DNA from: Octopus vulgaris
Lineage: Eukaryota
Direction: 5' to 3'
NCBI GenBank assembly: GCA_951406725.2
Contig: OX597825.1
Span: forward strand, 25,482,001-25,546,000
Length of the DNA: 64,000 bases
This document shows, piece after piece, positions 24,818 to 38,199 of this stretch. The position numbers and the translations under genes were made by a program. Under the pieces are notes generated by a model that was given only the letters and a program-made list of their open reading frames with translations, was not told the origin of the DNA and searched no databases. How positions within the stretch are numbered: the stretch's first letter is position 1; every line of letters starts with the position of its first letter.

Positions 24818-25975
24818 TTCTTCTTCTTCTTCTTCTTCTTCTTCTTCTTCTTCTTCTTCTTCTTCTTCTTCTTCTTCTTCCCCTCCTCCTGCTCCTGCTC
24901 CTCTTCCTTCTTCTTCTTCTTTTTCTTCTTCAGCTATTTCGTCTTCTCTTTTTCCTCCTCCTCCGTTTACCCTACCCTCTCTTACCCTCCGACTGTCCTC
25001 TTCCCTTCCTCCTTCCCTCTTCCTACATTTTCATCTTTCTCTCTCCCCCTGTTTTCCCCTCCCGCTCGTGCTTACCCTCCTCATGACCCCTCCTCTTTCT
25101 CCCTTCCTCCGATTCTTGGTCCTTCCCCTGCATTCTCCCTCTCTTTCTTCTTTTCCTCCTCCTCCTCCTCTTCCACTTCCATTTTATCTACCACCTCCTT
25201 CTATCTTTCCCCTTCTGTTTTTTTCTTCCTTCTCCTACTCATTCTCTACTAATCCTCCTCTACTGTTTCGTTATCATCTTCTTTTCCTTCTTCTATCATC
25301 CTCTACCTCTCCACCTCCTCTTCCTCCTCCTCCTCTTCCCCCTTCTGTGAGTCAGTGTGATTGTAGTGGATGGAGGTAGTGAGAGTGGAGTGGTGAATAT
25401 TGACAGAAATTTCGAGAAATTCGACAGAAGGTGGTGAGAGCTTCCTCTCTTCCTCTCCTCCTGCTCTTCCGCTACTCCTCCTCTGCCTCTCCTCCTCCTC
25501 CTCTGCCTCTCCTCCTCCTCTTCCTCGTTCTCCTCTTCCACTCCTCTCCTCCTCTACCTCCTCTTCCTTCTTCTTGTTCTCCTACTCTACATTCTCCTCC
25601 TCCTCCTCCTTCTTCTCCTCCTTCTTCTCCTCCTTCTCCTCCTTCTTCTCCTCCTTCTCCTCCTTCTTCTCCTCCTCTTCCCTCCTCGTACCTTCTCATC
25701 CTCCACGTCTTCCTCGTCCCCGTCGTCATCCTCCTCCTTCTCCTCCTCTTCCTCGTCTTTGTCCGCCTCTCTTCCTCCTCCTCCTCTCCTCCTCTTCCTC
25801 TCCTTCTCCTGCGCTCTCCCTTGCCCTCTTCATTCTCCTCCCCTCTTCTTTCTCCTCCCCATTCCTTCGCCCCTCTTACTTCCCCTCCTCTCTTCCTCCT
25901 CTCCTCTTCCTTCTCCTCTCCCATCCTTCTTCTTTCCCCTCTTCTTCATCACCCTCCCCTCCTCACTCCGCTTCC
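24818..25975. repeat. Long (CTT)n/(CCT)n polypyrimidine low-complexity tract
   Basis: About 1.1 kb of almost only C/T on the + strand, with one interruption near 25350-25440. Confidence 0.92.
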
Positions 25976-26332
25976 GCCAAATTTCACATTCTATTCAATA
26001 TAGTTCCTCTATAATATCCAGGCGAAAGCTTCGTATAAATCACAACAGTGGCCTGCCATACTCACGTTACACGCGTGTATGTAAAATGCTCTGATATATA
26101 ATCCTTAAATGATAAAAGTATATGCGCACAGTATTGTAGTATATTGCTATACGATAAAAGTGTATAGATACACATGTCGAATGCACGTACAATATTACTA
26201 TATACGATGATATGATTAATGCATGCTATCAGAATATACACTTCCTTCAAATAGAAATATAATGCAGAACAAATAATTTTTCTTATTATTCGTGTCTACC
26301 TACCTACCTACCTACCTACCTACCTACATACC

Positions 26333-26561
26333 TATTTCTTTATTGCCCACAAGGAGCTAAACATAGAGGGGACAAACAAGGACAGACAAAGGGATTAAGT
26401 CGATTACATCGACCCAGTGCATAACTGGTGCTTAATTTATCGACCCCGAATGGATGAAAGGTAAAGTCGATCTCGGCGGAATTTGAACTCAGAACGCAGC
26501 GGTGGACGAAATACCACTAAGCATTTCGCCCTGCGTGCTAACGTTTCTGCCAGCTAGCCGC

Positions 26562-26563
<2 letters not shown>
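26333..26563 (-). mobile_element. Full-length SINE family B within (CTAC)n/(CTAT)n
   Basis: Matches 13008-13239. Confidence 0.9.
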
Positions 26564-26631
<68 letters not shown>

Positions 26632-26664
26632 GTCAGTCAGTCTGTCTCCTCCACCACATATTTT

Positions 26665-27212
26665 TTATCTTTGACTTACTTCAGTCATCGGACTGCAAGT
26701 ATGCTGAGACAAACCCTAATGGGTTTTAGTGGAACAATTCTTTTTCATTTAAGCCTGGTACTTATATTATCAGTTGTTTTGCCGAACCACTAAGTTACGA
26801 GAAGTAAACAAACCATCATCGGTTGTCAGATGGGGATAGGAATAAACTCAAACACTCGCACACACTTATTCTTTTGCTTGTTTCAGTCATTTGACTGCGA
26901 CCATGCACCTAATTTAGTCGAACAAATTGACCTCAGGACTTATTCTCTTTAAGCCTAGTACTTATTCTATTGGTCTCTTTTGCCAAATCGCTCAGTTACG
27001 GGGAAGTAAACACACCAGCATCGGCTGGCAAACGAAGGTGGGGGACAAACACAGATGCATAGTAGTTACCGTCAACCGAATCCACTCACAAGGCTTTGGT
27101 CGGCCCGAGAATATAGTAGAAGACACCTGCCCAAGGTGCTATGCTGTGGGACTGAACCCGGAACCATGTGGTTGGGAAGCGAGCTTCTTACCACACAGCC
27201 ACTCCTGTGCCT
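26665..27212 (-). mobile_element. SINE family A with duplicated tail segment
   Basis: Head ..ccacacagccactcctgtgcct at 27190-27212; tail blocks at 26665-26850 and 26870-27055. Confidence 0.78.
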
Positions 27213-27297
27213 ATATATATATATATTTTCCACCTGCCTTCGTCTTTTGTTTATTTTCATAAAGCTTCCCGTTATATATATATATATATATATATAC

Positions 27298-27580
27298 GCG
27301 AGAATGAAGCAACAAGAATGGATAGGTTTTTAGTACAATCGTTTCATACAAGGACAGGTTTTATTAAAAGTTGCAAAAAAAAAAGTTGCAACTTTTAATA
27401 AAACCTGTCCTTGTATGAAACGATTGTACTAAAAACCTATCCATTCTTGTTGCTTCATTCTCGCTTATAATCACCCCACATTACTGTATTGTTAAATCAG
27501 TATAGTTTTTTTGGTGCATCTAAGTTAGGTACCATATTCAAGTAAATTCATTTAAATTAACTTGAATCTTTATTGCTTTT

Positions 27581-27582
<2 letters not shown>
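27298..27582. mobile_element. (TA)n-flanked insert with perfect 79-bp inverted repeat
   Basis: Arms 27298-27376 and 27386-27464 with a 9-nt spacer; unique tail to ~27582. Confidence 0.7.
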
Positions 27583-27629
<47 letters not shown>

Positions 27630-27869
27630 CAATATATAATATTAACCTGAACTTGCAACGTGGATTCCCAATAGTTACAGGTATAAACCTGAAATTGTAA
27701 CTATGTATGTCATTGTTCAGCTTTATTTCAAGATTTCTTGCCAATAAAGAGCCGGTTTCTAACCTAGATCCAAGTCTCCATTGAAATTTCAATATCAACA
27801 ACCGGATATGTATGTTTGTATGTATATAAAGGGGATAGTTTTGCACACGGTTTTTCTTTTGTCAACACA

Positions 27870-28868
27870 TCTTCGAGTTGCAATATGAAGATGATACGGC
27901 ACTTGTCAGCCATAGCTCTGCTGACCTTCAAAGGCTCTTGGACTACATGTCAGTTGCATACAGCCGTGCTGGCCTAGTCATCAATACCAAGAAGACGGAA
28001 ATCATCCAACAGCCTTGTGCCCCCAACACTAATCCATGCGCCTTCCATGTTGAAGATGCAACAATTGCTAATGTTAACCAATTCACGTACCTTGGCTTAG
28101 TTCTCAACAACAACAACCTCGATCTTACAAACGATAGTCAACGCCGTATTCGTCTTGCCTCTCCTGCATTTGGACGGCCAAGTACTCGCGTCCAAGAAAA
28201 AAATCAACATCAGAACAAGTGCGGCTGTCTACAATGTTGTTCATGTTTCAATCCTGCTCTATGGCTGCGAGTCTTGGGTACCCTACTGGCGTCATATCAA
28301 GATGCTCGAACGGTTTCATATCTCTTGCCTTCAACAATTCCTTGGCTTACACTGGTGGTACAGGATCCCTCATGCTGAGATACGTGGCCGAACAAACAGC
28401 CAGCCATTGGAGGTAACAATAGCTAACTGCCAAATCAGATGGTCAGGGCATGTCATTCGAATGACTTCAAATCTATTGCCCCGCCTTGTTATGTAAGGCG
28501 AACTTGAAGATGTAAGATGCTCTGTCGGTGGCCAGCACAAGCACTTTATAGATCATCTGAAGGCAACGATGAAAAAGTGTCATAGCCCTCCCGACAGTCT
28601 CGAATCAGTGGCTGCAGATCGCACTAGCTGGCGCGACGCATATAAGACAAAACTTCCAGAAGATCTGCTGTAGAGTGAAGTGGTGCGCCGCACCCAGCGG
28701 CACGTGCAGAGCCCTGGAAGTCAACAGCTGCAAGGCTTTACATGCTCCACCTGCGGACGTATCTGTCTCTCCAGAATCGGACTTCATAGTCACCAGAGGT
28801 CACAAATGAAGTTCGGAAAAAGCACTCATCGTTACGCAATGTTCATGAAGTGGGATGGATGGATGAGA
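27870..28868 (+). mobile_element. RTE-clade LINE 3' fragment (RT C-terminus, Zn-finger-like end, (GATG)n tail)
   Basis: LQYEDDTALV..LQRLLD..GLVINTKKTE..FTYLG..RRIRLAS.AFGR; ILLYGCESW..LERFHISCL..IRWSGHVIRM..LPR; FTCSTCGRICLSRIGLHSHQRS. Confidence 0.92.
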
Positions 28869-28874
28869 TGTGTA

Positions 28875-29093
28875 TAAGAGGGTGCTGAAAGGATCCTGGC
28901 TTTGGGTAAAAGAAAATACGGGAGCATCAGTTAATTATCATTTTCTTCAACACATTCCCCTCACAGATTCACAAACTTCTTGCAGCGGTCCTTCAGTTTT
29001 TCTAAGCCCCGTAAAAAACTTGCTCCAGTTTGGGCCTCCATTTAGGTCTTTCGTGATACCCTTAAAGCCAAGAAATTTTCAGCACCCCCTCGT
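28875..29093. mobile_element. Mariner-derived MITE
   Basis: TIRs gagggtgctgaaaggatcctggcttt / aaagccaagaaattttcagcaccccctcg. Confidence 0.8.
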
Positions 29094-29324
29094 CTATATA
29101 TATACATATGTAAACTATGTATTTATACTCTACATTTTGTATCTACGTTGTTCTGCAACAAGCAATATTTCTATACTGTTTCTAGACAGTCATTCACGTT
29201 TGACTCCCATAACATTACGTTAGTCTATACACACATTAATGGATACATATCTATATCTATCCATCTATTTATCTATCTACCTATATATTTGTATAAATAC
29301 GTATATATTATCTATGGATATATT

Positions 29325-29325
29325 C

Positions 29326-29409
<84 letters not shown>

Positions 29410-29412
29410 GTA

Positions 29413-29451
<39 letters not shown>

Positions 29452-29971
29452 GTATGTATGTGTATATATATATATATATATGTACACACACACACACACA
29501 CATACATGTTTGCATCAGTATATGTATATATGTGTGTATATGTTTGCAGATAAGATAGAGTATCAGATATAACTTATTGCCTTTCTTTCCTTTTCTGCCT
29601 GTCTTTCTCTCTCTACTAGTCAGTGTGTATGTGTGTGTGTGCGTGCCTGTGTACATATATATATATGTGTGTGTGTGTGTATATATATGAATATCAAAAT
29701 TCCTATACATATATACACATATATATATACATATATGTATATATATGTATATATATGTATATATATATGCATATATGTATATATGTATATGTAGAGTATA
29801 TGTATATGTGTATGTATAAATATACATACACACACATATATATATATATGTATGTGTGTATGTATGTATATGTATATATATATATGTATATTATACATAT
29901 CTATATATGTATATATATAGTTATATGATTATATAGTCAGCGGGTATATGCATATATACATATACACATAC

Positions 29972-30051
<80 letters not shown>

Positions 30052-30130
30052 ATATATATATATATATATATATAAATGCCTATATATATATATATATATA
30101 TATTTACACACACACACACACACACACACA
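29325..30130. repeat. Compound (TA)n/(CA)n microsatellites
   Basis: Direct reading. Confidence 0.95.
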
Positions 30131-30947
30131 ATCTCTAACGTATGTATACATATACGCAGAGTCACACTTTTATGAATAGCTGTCTGTATAAATTTCGAAA
30201 TTTCTTCCTCGTCCCATCTTCCCGTATGTCTACTAGTGTGCACATCCATGTATGCTCGTACGTGTGTTCGTGCGCCTGTGTATATATGTGTATATATTTG
30301 TGCATACACTCATATACATACACACATATGAATTGTGTACATATCATTCGTAACTCTGTATGTGTGTGTGTTTGTGTGTGTGTGTATGTGTGTGTTTTGC
30401 AATACACGGCTATTTAATTAATAGTCCTCCTCTTCACTTATTTTGCTCCTACTCTTCCAACTTTCTTCTTATTTTTTTTCTTCCTCTTCAACTCCTTATC
30501 ACCAACCACCTCTCCTTCCCGCCGCCAACACCACCCTCACACACCTCCTTCATCTCATTTCACCCTCTCCCTCCCTCCCTTCACTTCCTTTTTTCTCTTC
30601 TCCTTTTTCCCTTTCGTTTCCAGTAAGTAATTTTCAAAAGCTGGCGATGCAAAATTGCAATCCGACTTCTATTTAATGCAGCCAACCAAACTTAGATTTA
30701 ATTAGCGTCTCTCATTATCTTCTTCCTTCCATTGCTTTGCAATCAAAGGCGTGCTTTTCTCCACAGCCCAACTGAAACTCCATTTCTTACCTTTGTCCAC
30801 AGTCTGTATCGTCTTGGCTTCGTCTTTTGCTTGTCTTTGCTTTTATTTGCTTTTGCTTTCCTTTTGAATTCTAATCGAAGCTCAATCTATTCATTTTCAT
30901 TATTCCTAAAGAATTTCGTCGCTTTTTCCTTTGCACATCGGTGTAGT

Positions 30948-31156
30948 TTGCTGCTGCTGGTGCTGCTGTTGCTGCTGCTGCTGTTGCTTCTGCTGCTCTT
31001 GCCGCTGCCGTCGGAGTTGCTGCTGTTGCTGCTCGATTGTTGTTTTTGGTTGCTTTCTTTATTGTTACTGTCGTCGTCATCATCATAACCATAACCATCA
31101 TCATCATCATCATCATCATCATCACCGTCATCATCATCATAATCATAATCATCATC

Positions 31157-31188
<32 letters not shown>

Positions 31189-31250
31189 CATCATCATCAC
31201 CATCGTCATCATTATCATCATCATCATCATCATTATCATCATCACCATCG

Positions 31251-31283
<33 letters not shown>

Positions 31284-31749
31284 CCGTCATCATCATCATC
31301 ATCGTCGTCGTCGTCATCATCATCATCATCGTCATCATCATCATCATCATCAGCATCATCACCGTCATCATGATGATCATAATCATAATCATAATCATCA
31401 TCACCATCATCACCGTCATCATAATCATCATCATCATCATCATCATCATGATGTTGATCATCATCGTCAAGTCACTGATAATAGTTATAATAATAGTGGC
31501 AGTATTGACAAAATCAATAATCCTGAAAACGATGATGATGATGATGATAATGATGATGATGGTAATATTCCTTACAACTAGAGACACAAGGTCTGAAATT
31601 TTAGAGATGGATGGTCGATTTCATCGACTCCAGTGTTCAACTGGTACTTTATTTCATTGATCCTGAAACAAAAAGAAAAAAAGCAAAAAGCAAAAAGCAT
31701 GCTAACGATTCTGCCAGTAGCCACTTTTATGATGATGATGATGATCATG

Positions 31750-31821
<72 letters not shown>

Positions 31822-31857
31822 GTAGTAGTAGTAGCAGTAGTAGTAGTAATAATAATA

Positions 31858-31895
<38 letters not shown>

Positions 31896-31929
31896 AATGA
31901 TAATAATAATAATAATAAAAATGATAATG

Positions 31930-31963
<34 letters not shown>

Positions 31964-32031
31964 TAATAATGATAATAATAATAATTGTAATAATAATAAT
32001 AATAATAATAATAGTAATAATAATAGTAATA

Positions 32032-32105
<74 letters not shown>
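30948..32105. repeat. (GCT)n, (CAT)n, (GAT)n and (AAT)n trinucleotide field with a degenerate family B SINE at ~31590-31725
   Basis: Direct reading. Confidence 0.92.
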
Positions 32106-32203
32106 GACTGCTGAAAACTTGCGGATACCAAAAGTTACAGGGAGTAACCCGCTACCCACATAATTCCTACAAGGTGTTAGACCGAACCTTTGCCAAACCA
32201 AAA
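32104..32203 (+). mobile_element. R4/Dong-type 3' UTR fragment in (TAA)n
   Basis: gtaacccgctacccaca..cctac..gaacct.. matches the 3' UTR of the 6190 element. Confidence 0.65.
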
Positions 32204-32239
32204 TGACAACAATAACAACGACGACGATGATAATGATGA

Positions 32240-33860
32240 TGATTTCTTTTATTGACAACTGTAGGGAAGGTATAGGACAGCATAATACAAATAAAGCGGG
32301 ATTCTAGGATTAAAACAAAAACAAAACAAAACAAAATGTGTAAACGAAATTCCCTCTTTTCATCCACCCTCAATCTAGAGGCGCTTGCTTAGAGTACGGG
32401 CCATTCGCAGTACATTCACTCACCAGTGGACAAAATTGCTGAAAGGCAGCACTTCCATCTCCACCCTCACTTTCCTTTTCAAGTGAAATTTGAAAAAAAT
32501 TGAAGGCTTGGCCGAAGAGGAAAGTATTTGTCTCCAGCTCTTTCAGTCTGGTCCACCACACAACCACATTCGTTGAGATCACCAGGCAAAGAAACACTGC
32601 CTGATCTTCCTAGCCAAATGAAGGCTGCGAGACGATCTTCACAATGATAGCCAGATCCGTTCTACATGCAACAGCCAGTGTTTGACATAAACCCACTATT
32701 CAGCAAAGCTCGGGCATTGGACGAATGCTTGCAGAATAGTTTCGTCGCTCTGCGCGCATCTCGGGCAGGCTCGAGTGATTGTACTTCAATGTCTGTAGAC
32801 TTTATCTTAACCTGACAATGACCCCCGGTAACATTGTCAGGTCAAAGATTTCTGGAAATTATCCATAGGCTCCGGCTCGAAAGTCCTTCGGAACAGACCA
32901 GCCAAATCATTCTCGTCTACGTCCTAGAATGTCGTCGTACCTGTATAGTGGTAGTATAGAACTTCCACTATACAACGCCAGAGTAGAACTTCCATCGACT
33001 TCATTGTTCAAATTACAGAGGACGGTGAGAGCCTGATGACACTTTAGGTGTCAGGAGCCCTGTCACGGTCTATGCTTGAGTCAGGACTGCAGTTCAGTCA
33101 AAGTGATGAACTGTAGCAAATCCAGTCTGACAAACAATGACCATACTGCTTAACCAATTCCTTAATCCGGTTTTTGTAATCTTGTCACGCCAGCAGTGAC
33201 TTGTTCAGCTTCCAGTAACTGGGTACCTACCTTTTAAGCTTATCTAGGCCAACCGTACAAGTCACAAATTTGTAGTCTGTGTAGCCGACAATTTTGAAAA
33301 GTAGACAACTTATATTATCTTTATCTACTAGTCTACAGAATACCTTGTCTAGTTACGACCTGGTTGACCCGATGCGATTCGTCCATGTCCACATCAAATA
33401 TCCAATCGGTACCTGTCGGACAGTTGGGAATGTCTGAGCAGGTTTGCGAGGCTTATGCCCCACCCTCTTCTATCCGCGAACTCTACACAGTCCAAACGTG
33501 TCTTTAAGACGGCTTTCCAATCGCCCACTAACACTAAATGTCCAGACGTTCCCAGGAAAATATCTAGACGTCTGAAGAAATCCGGTTGTCCTGGCAATGT
33601 TGGAGAATAAACTTGTCAGAGGGCACCCCCGTCACTACCGTTCACTTTCAGTACCACCAACTTACCTTCTGGGTCGAAAAAAATGGCCCTTGTCTTGAGA
33701 TTTACACCTTACTGGTACAACACTAATTCCACTCCATATTCCCCCCTATTTCCAGTTGACACGGAAATAAGTATATCTCGTTTCCACCGAAAATAGGCAT
33801 GAAAACCCGTTGATCGGAGAGTCTGGTTTCATTTATGGCTACATATACTGCCTATTCTGA
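32240..33860 (-). mobile_element. L1/Tx1-clade LINE remnant: APE endonuclease plus C-terminal Cys/His (zf-RVT) region and 3' UTR, RT largely missing
   Basis: PDFFRRLDIFLGTSGHLVLVGDWKAVL..DRYRLD..WTWTN..LDKVF..YWKLNKSLL; RACPRCAQSDETILQAFVQCP; VVWWTRLKEL; 3' end ..caataaagaaatc. Confidence 0.85.
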
Positions 33861-34424
33861 GCAAGGCCGTGTAAGACTAAGGAATAGAAGCGGAAAGAGT
33901 TACTGACAGTGATTTTGTTGGGAACGTGGGGATGGAAGTCCTGTCCCCTTAGTTATATGTGGGTATTTCGACGAGCAATTCTTTATACAATCTTTTGTTG
34001 ATATTTCTCTTGGAAGCCCCATACTCCTTCAGGATATTTAGTTGTTATGGAGTCGGCAAAAGGCTTTCAGATGATTTGTGACCTCATACAAGTGACACCC
34101 CGGCTTTCTGATCTCAACGGTCACGTGGAAGAAAGTTAGTGCCATCTGACAAACTTATTGTTTTCGGGATTTTTTATGCATCTGCACCCTCAACTCCATG
34201 CTTTAATCTAAACTATAAGAAGAGAATTGCATCATTCATATGCTTACAAACATTCTATACTTTTTAGTTCAGTCTCCCTTCTGTTTCTCTTTCTTCCGCT
34301 CATCTTTTTATGTAAATCCCGCACAACACAAATTAAAACTGCTCCTATAATCACATTTCATGCCTCTGTGGCAAATAAAAGAAATTATTATTATCATCAT
34401 CATTATTATTATTATTATTATTTT

Positions 34425-34853
34425 TCTATGTTTGACTTTTGCTTTATGTCTGTACAAGTTGGCTCCAAGTCTCACCCAGAGACCTCAAGAGACAACAGGT
34501 TGGAAGTTCTGTGCCATATATTTGGGGTTTTTTTTTTTTTGGTGTTGTACTAGTGAATGTCTAATACATAAAAATAAAAAAAATAAATAAATAATAAATA
34601 AATAAAAAAAAGTTTGTTTTAAACCTTGGGATTACATAGAGAGTATTTTGCGTAGGATATGAGCAGTTCCCATGAGCACTATCTTTTGAATTTCTGCCAT
34701 TTTGGGGTTTCCTGGTATCTGAGTTAGGTAGCAATCAGTCCCTTTCGCTATCATTCCCAGGGCACCTATGACAACAGGTATTGTTTTAGTCTTCAGCTTC
34801 CACATTTTGCTGATTTCTATTTCAAGATCTTTATATTTGCTCAGTTTTTGGTA
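34425..34853 (-). mobile_element. R4/Dong-clade 5'-truncated copy in (TAA)n
   Basis: YQKLSKYKDLEIEISKMWKLKTKTIPVVIGALGMI..EIQKIVLMGTAHILRKILSM* plus 3' UTR. Confidence 0.85.
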
Positions 34854-34922
<69 letters not shown>

Positions 34923-34923
<1 letters not shown>

Positions 34924-35359
34924 GAGTGAGAGGGCAGTGCATGTCATCAGAGTGACACTGGGGTAGAATATACGAAGCCCAGTATAACCATCATGGCTAT
35001 CCCTCTGATAAGGGTACTCTAGGCACGTTCATTACAACCATATGTGCGCGACATGGTGATCCCATATCAAGATTAACAGCGCATGACCTTACAGGTGGGG
35101 GCCTAGTTAGAATTTTCTTCAGGTTGAGAAGCCCATCCCACTCAAAAGGTCCCTGGATAAGGGTTATTTAAGGATGTTGAACGAAACACCCATGCTCAAC
35201 TGGTTAAGGTCAAACAACTGACAAGCAAATCTGTGGTATTGAGCAGAATATTTGCTGTGGCCCGTCATTTATATCAAGACAAAACAATGTACATGATAAC
35301 ACTTCCAATCAGTTAAGATGAGAAGCCATGAAAGCCGTTGCCTGGTACTGCATCAGGGC

Positions 35360-35360
<1 letters not shown>
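34923..35360 (-). mobile_element. Non-coding (TAA)n-embedded element, internally deleted copy
   Basis: Reverse complement of 61469-62023 lacking ~120 bp between two CATG motifs. Confidence 0.85.
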
Positions 35361-35423
<63 letters not shown>

Positions 35424-35424
<1 letters not shown>

Positions 35425-35601
35425 TGTTTGACTTTTGCTTTATATTTGTACAAGTTGGCTCCAAGTCTCACCCAGAGACCTCAAGGGACAACAGGTTGGA
35501 AGTTCGTGATGTTGTTATGCCTAGTGTGCCATATATTTGGTTTTGTATTTAGTGTTGTACTAGTGAATGTCAATGTTGTTGTTGTTGTTGTTGTTGTTGT
35601 T

Positions 35602-35661
<60 letters not shown>

Positions 35662-36080
35662 ATTATTATTATTATTATTGTTGTTGTTGTTGTTGTTATT
35701 ATTATTATTTATTATTATTACTATTATTGTTATTAATAGAAATATTAAAATTACTAAGTCTCTATAAAAGAGATTATTATTATTGTTATTGTTAATATTA
35801 TTTTTGTTATTATTACTATCATTATTATTATTGTTGTTGTTATTATTATTATTATTATTATTATTGTTGTTGTTATTATTATTATTATTACTATTATTGT
35901 TATTGTTATTATTATTATTATTATTATTGTTATTAATAATATTATTATTATTATTATTCTATGTTTGACTTTTGCTTTATATTTGTACAAGTTGGCTCCA
36001 AGTCTCACCTAGAGACCTCAAGAGACAATAGGTTGGAAGTTCATGTTGTTGTTATGCCTAGTGTGCCATATATTTGGGGG
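35424..36080 (-). mobile_element. Two further R4/Dong 3' UTR-only copies (35424-35575, 35957-36080) separated by (TTA)n/(TTG)n
   Basis: tgtttgacttttgcttta..tgtacaagttggctccaagtctcacc.agagacctcaag repeated. Confidence 0.8.
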
Positions 36081-36139
36081 GGGGGGTTTATTATTATTAT
36101 TATTATTATTATTGCTGCTGCTGCTGTTGTTGTTGTGCA

Positions 36140-36355
36140 GAGCTGGGAGAATCGGTAGCGAATCAGACGAAATATTTGTAAGCATTTGTAAGCGGGCTCC
36201 TTTTGCGTTCTGGATTCAAATCGCATCGATGTCAAACTTCGCTTTTCATCCTTTCGAGGTCGATAAAATATAGTACCAGTCAAGTACTGGGGGTCGCTGT
36301 AATCAATATTCCTCTCCCCCCCAAAATTACTAGCCTTGAATGACAAATTTCGAAA
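36140..36355 (+). mobile_element. Degenerate SINE family B
   Basis: ttttcatcctttcgaggtcgataaaatatagtaccag. Confidence 0.7.
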
Positions 36356-37028
36356 AAGTCATGGTTATTATTAGTAAACCATCAGAAATCGTTCTTGTAG
36401 CAGCGGCTGTTGTTATGGTATAGCGTGGTGGCTCTTACGCTGCAGTTGTTGCGCTAGTTGCTCTTGCCGTTGTTTTTATCGTTGTTGTTGTTGTTGTCGT
36501 TGTTGTTGTTGTTGGTGTAATTGCTGATGTTTTTCTTCTGGACATTGTTTATACTGCAGTAGTTGTATTTTCCAGCTGGTGTCGTTGTCGGCGGCGATGA
36601 TGGCGTTTGCGCCAGTTATTCTCGCTGGTGTTGGCAAAGGCGTTGATTGTGGTGTTGGTTGTTGTTGTTGTTGTTGTTGTTGTGGTTGTTGTTGGTGGTG
36701 GTGGTGATGGTGGTGGTGGTGTCGGTGATAGTTGTGAACGTTTCCCTGAAGCTTCCGTTAAGTAGGACACAACTCATTATTTTAGAAAGGAATGAATCAG
36801 CGAAAAGAAAAATGAATGCATATATATGTGTGTGTGTGTGTGTCTGTGTGTGAGAGAGTGTGCGTGTGTGTGTGTGTGTGTGTACGTACGTGTGTGTGTA
36901 TGTATGTGTGTGTACGTGTGTGTGTGTGTGTATATGTGTGTGTATATATACATATACATATCTTATACATATCTGTATGTGTGTAAATATATATCTTCCC
37001 TCTCTTTATATATATGCATGTATACGCT

Positions 37029-37083
<55 letters not shown>

Positions 37084-38199
37084 ACAAGCAAGTATTTATG
37101 TATATGTGTATACGTATGCATCTATGAATGTATATGTGTGTGTGTGTGTATGTGTGTATGTATGTGTGTGTGCGTGTATATGAGTTCCAAACGCATATTC
37201 ATGCATACAATATTGGTAAGTTTTTCTCTCTTCAATTAAGCGTGTGTGTGTGTGTTTGTATCTGCGAGTGTGCATGTGTGTTTGTGTTTCCATGTGTGTA
37301 TGTGCGTATAAGTGTGTGTGCATATGCATATGTCTTCAGTTGTTATTTACGAGTGTGGAATCATTTTAAAGGTTGACAATAAAAGCATGATCGCATTAAT
37401 GTCTTTTTTCTTTTCTTTTATTAGTTTTGAATTGAACGGTGATATAATATATGATAGAATAAATACCACGTTTGCCGAGATTTATTAAATGGAAAACTCT
37501 ACATAAAATATGGCGGCTAACTGGTAAAGCCGTTGGAGTTCAGATAGAATGTTTTGCGTTATTTTCGCTGGCTCTCTACGTTCTGAGTTCAAATCTCGCG
37601 AATTTAACCTTGATTTTCGTCCGTCTTTAAATTATCAGTCTCGTACTGGCTTCTATTCGCCCCTTCAATTTTATCTCTTCCCATCTTTTTCTCTCAGAAT
37701 GGGCTACATTGTGCCCCCAATTCTTCAGAAATAAATAAAAATTGATGACGGGTATGATAATATCTGATAAATAAAAACAAAAAAAAAAAAAAACAAACGT
37801 TGATATGTTGTTTGAATCACCCAAGTTTAGCCCAGTAACCAGTGCCGTAGGTAATAAAGGTGTATTCAATCTTCACTATTTTTAATATTTGAAGGGTGTA
37901 TTTTATTTCAAGGCATGACAATACAATCTTCCACGAGTTTCGAATTCAGGTGGCTCTAACTTACGGCACTTAGTATTGAGCACAATCCAGAGTAATTACC
38001 GCTTGGGTAAATAGTCAAACAATCTAGTGAAACAATGACGAAAGGATAACGGTATTCGAACTGAGAATGCTACGGTACCAGCCGGTACCTTAAATGAAAA
38101 AAACTTGCTCGTGACTCCCGTTTTTAATGCCAATAATGAGGCTTCTGTGTGGTCGTTTGATTTGCTAGAAAGAGCCACCTTATCTCACTGAAACCATGT

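Noticed and set aside
28730-28805. C2H2 zinc-finger gene exon (CSTC..HQRS)
   Set aside because: Lies at the C-terminus of the RTE LINE fragment, where such motifs are usual; single incomplete finger
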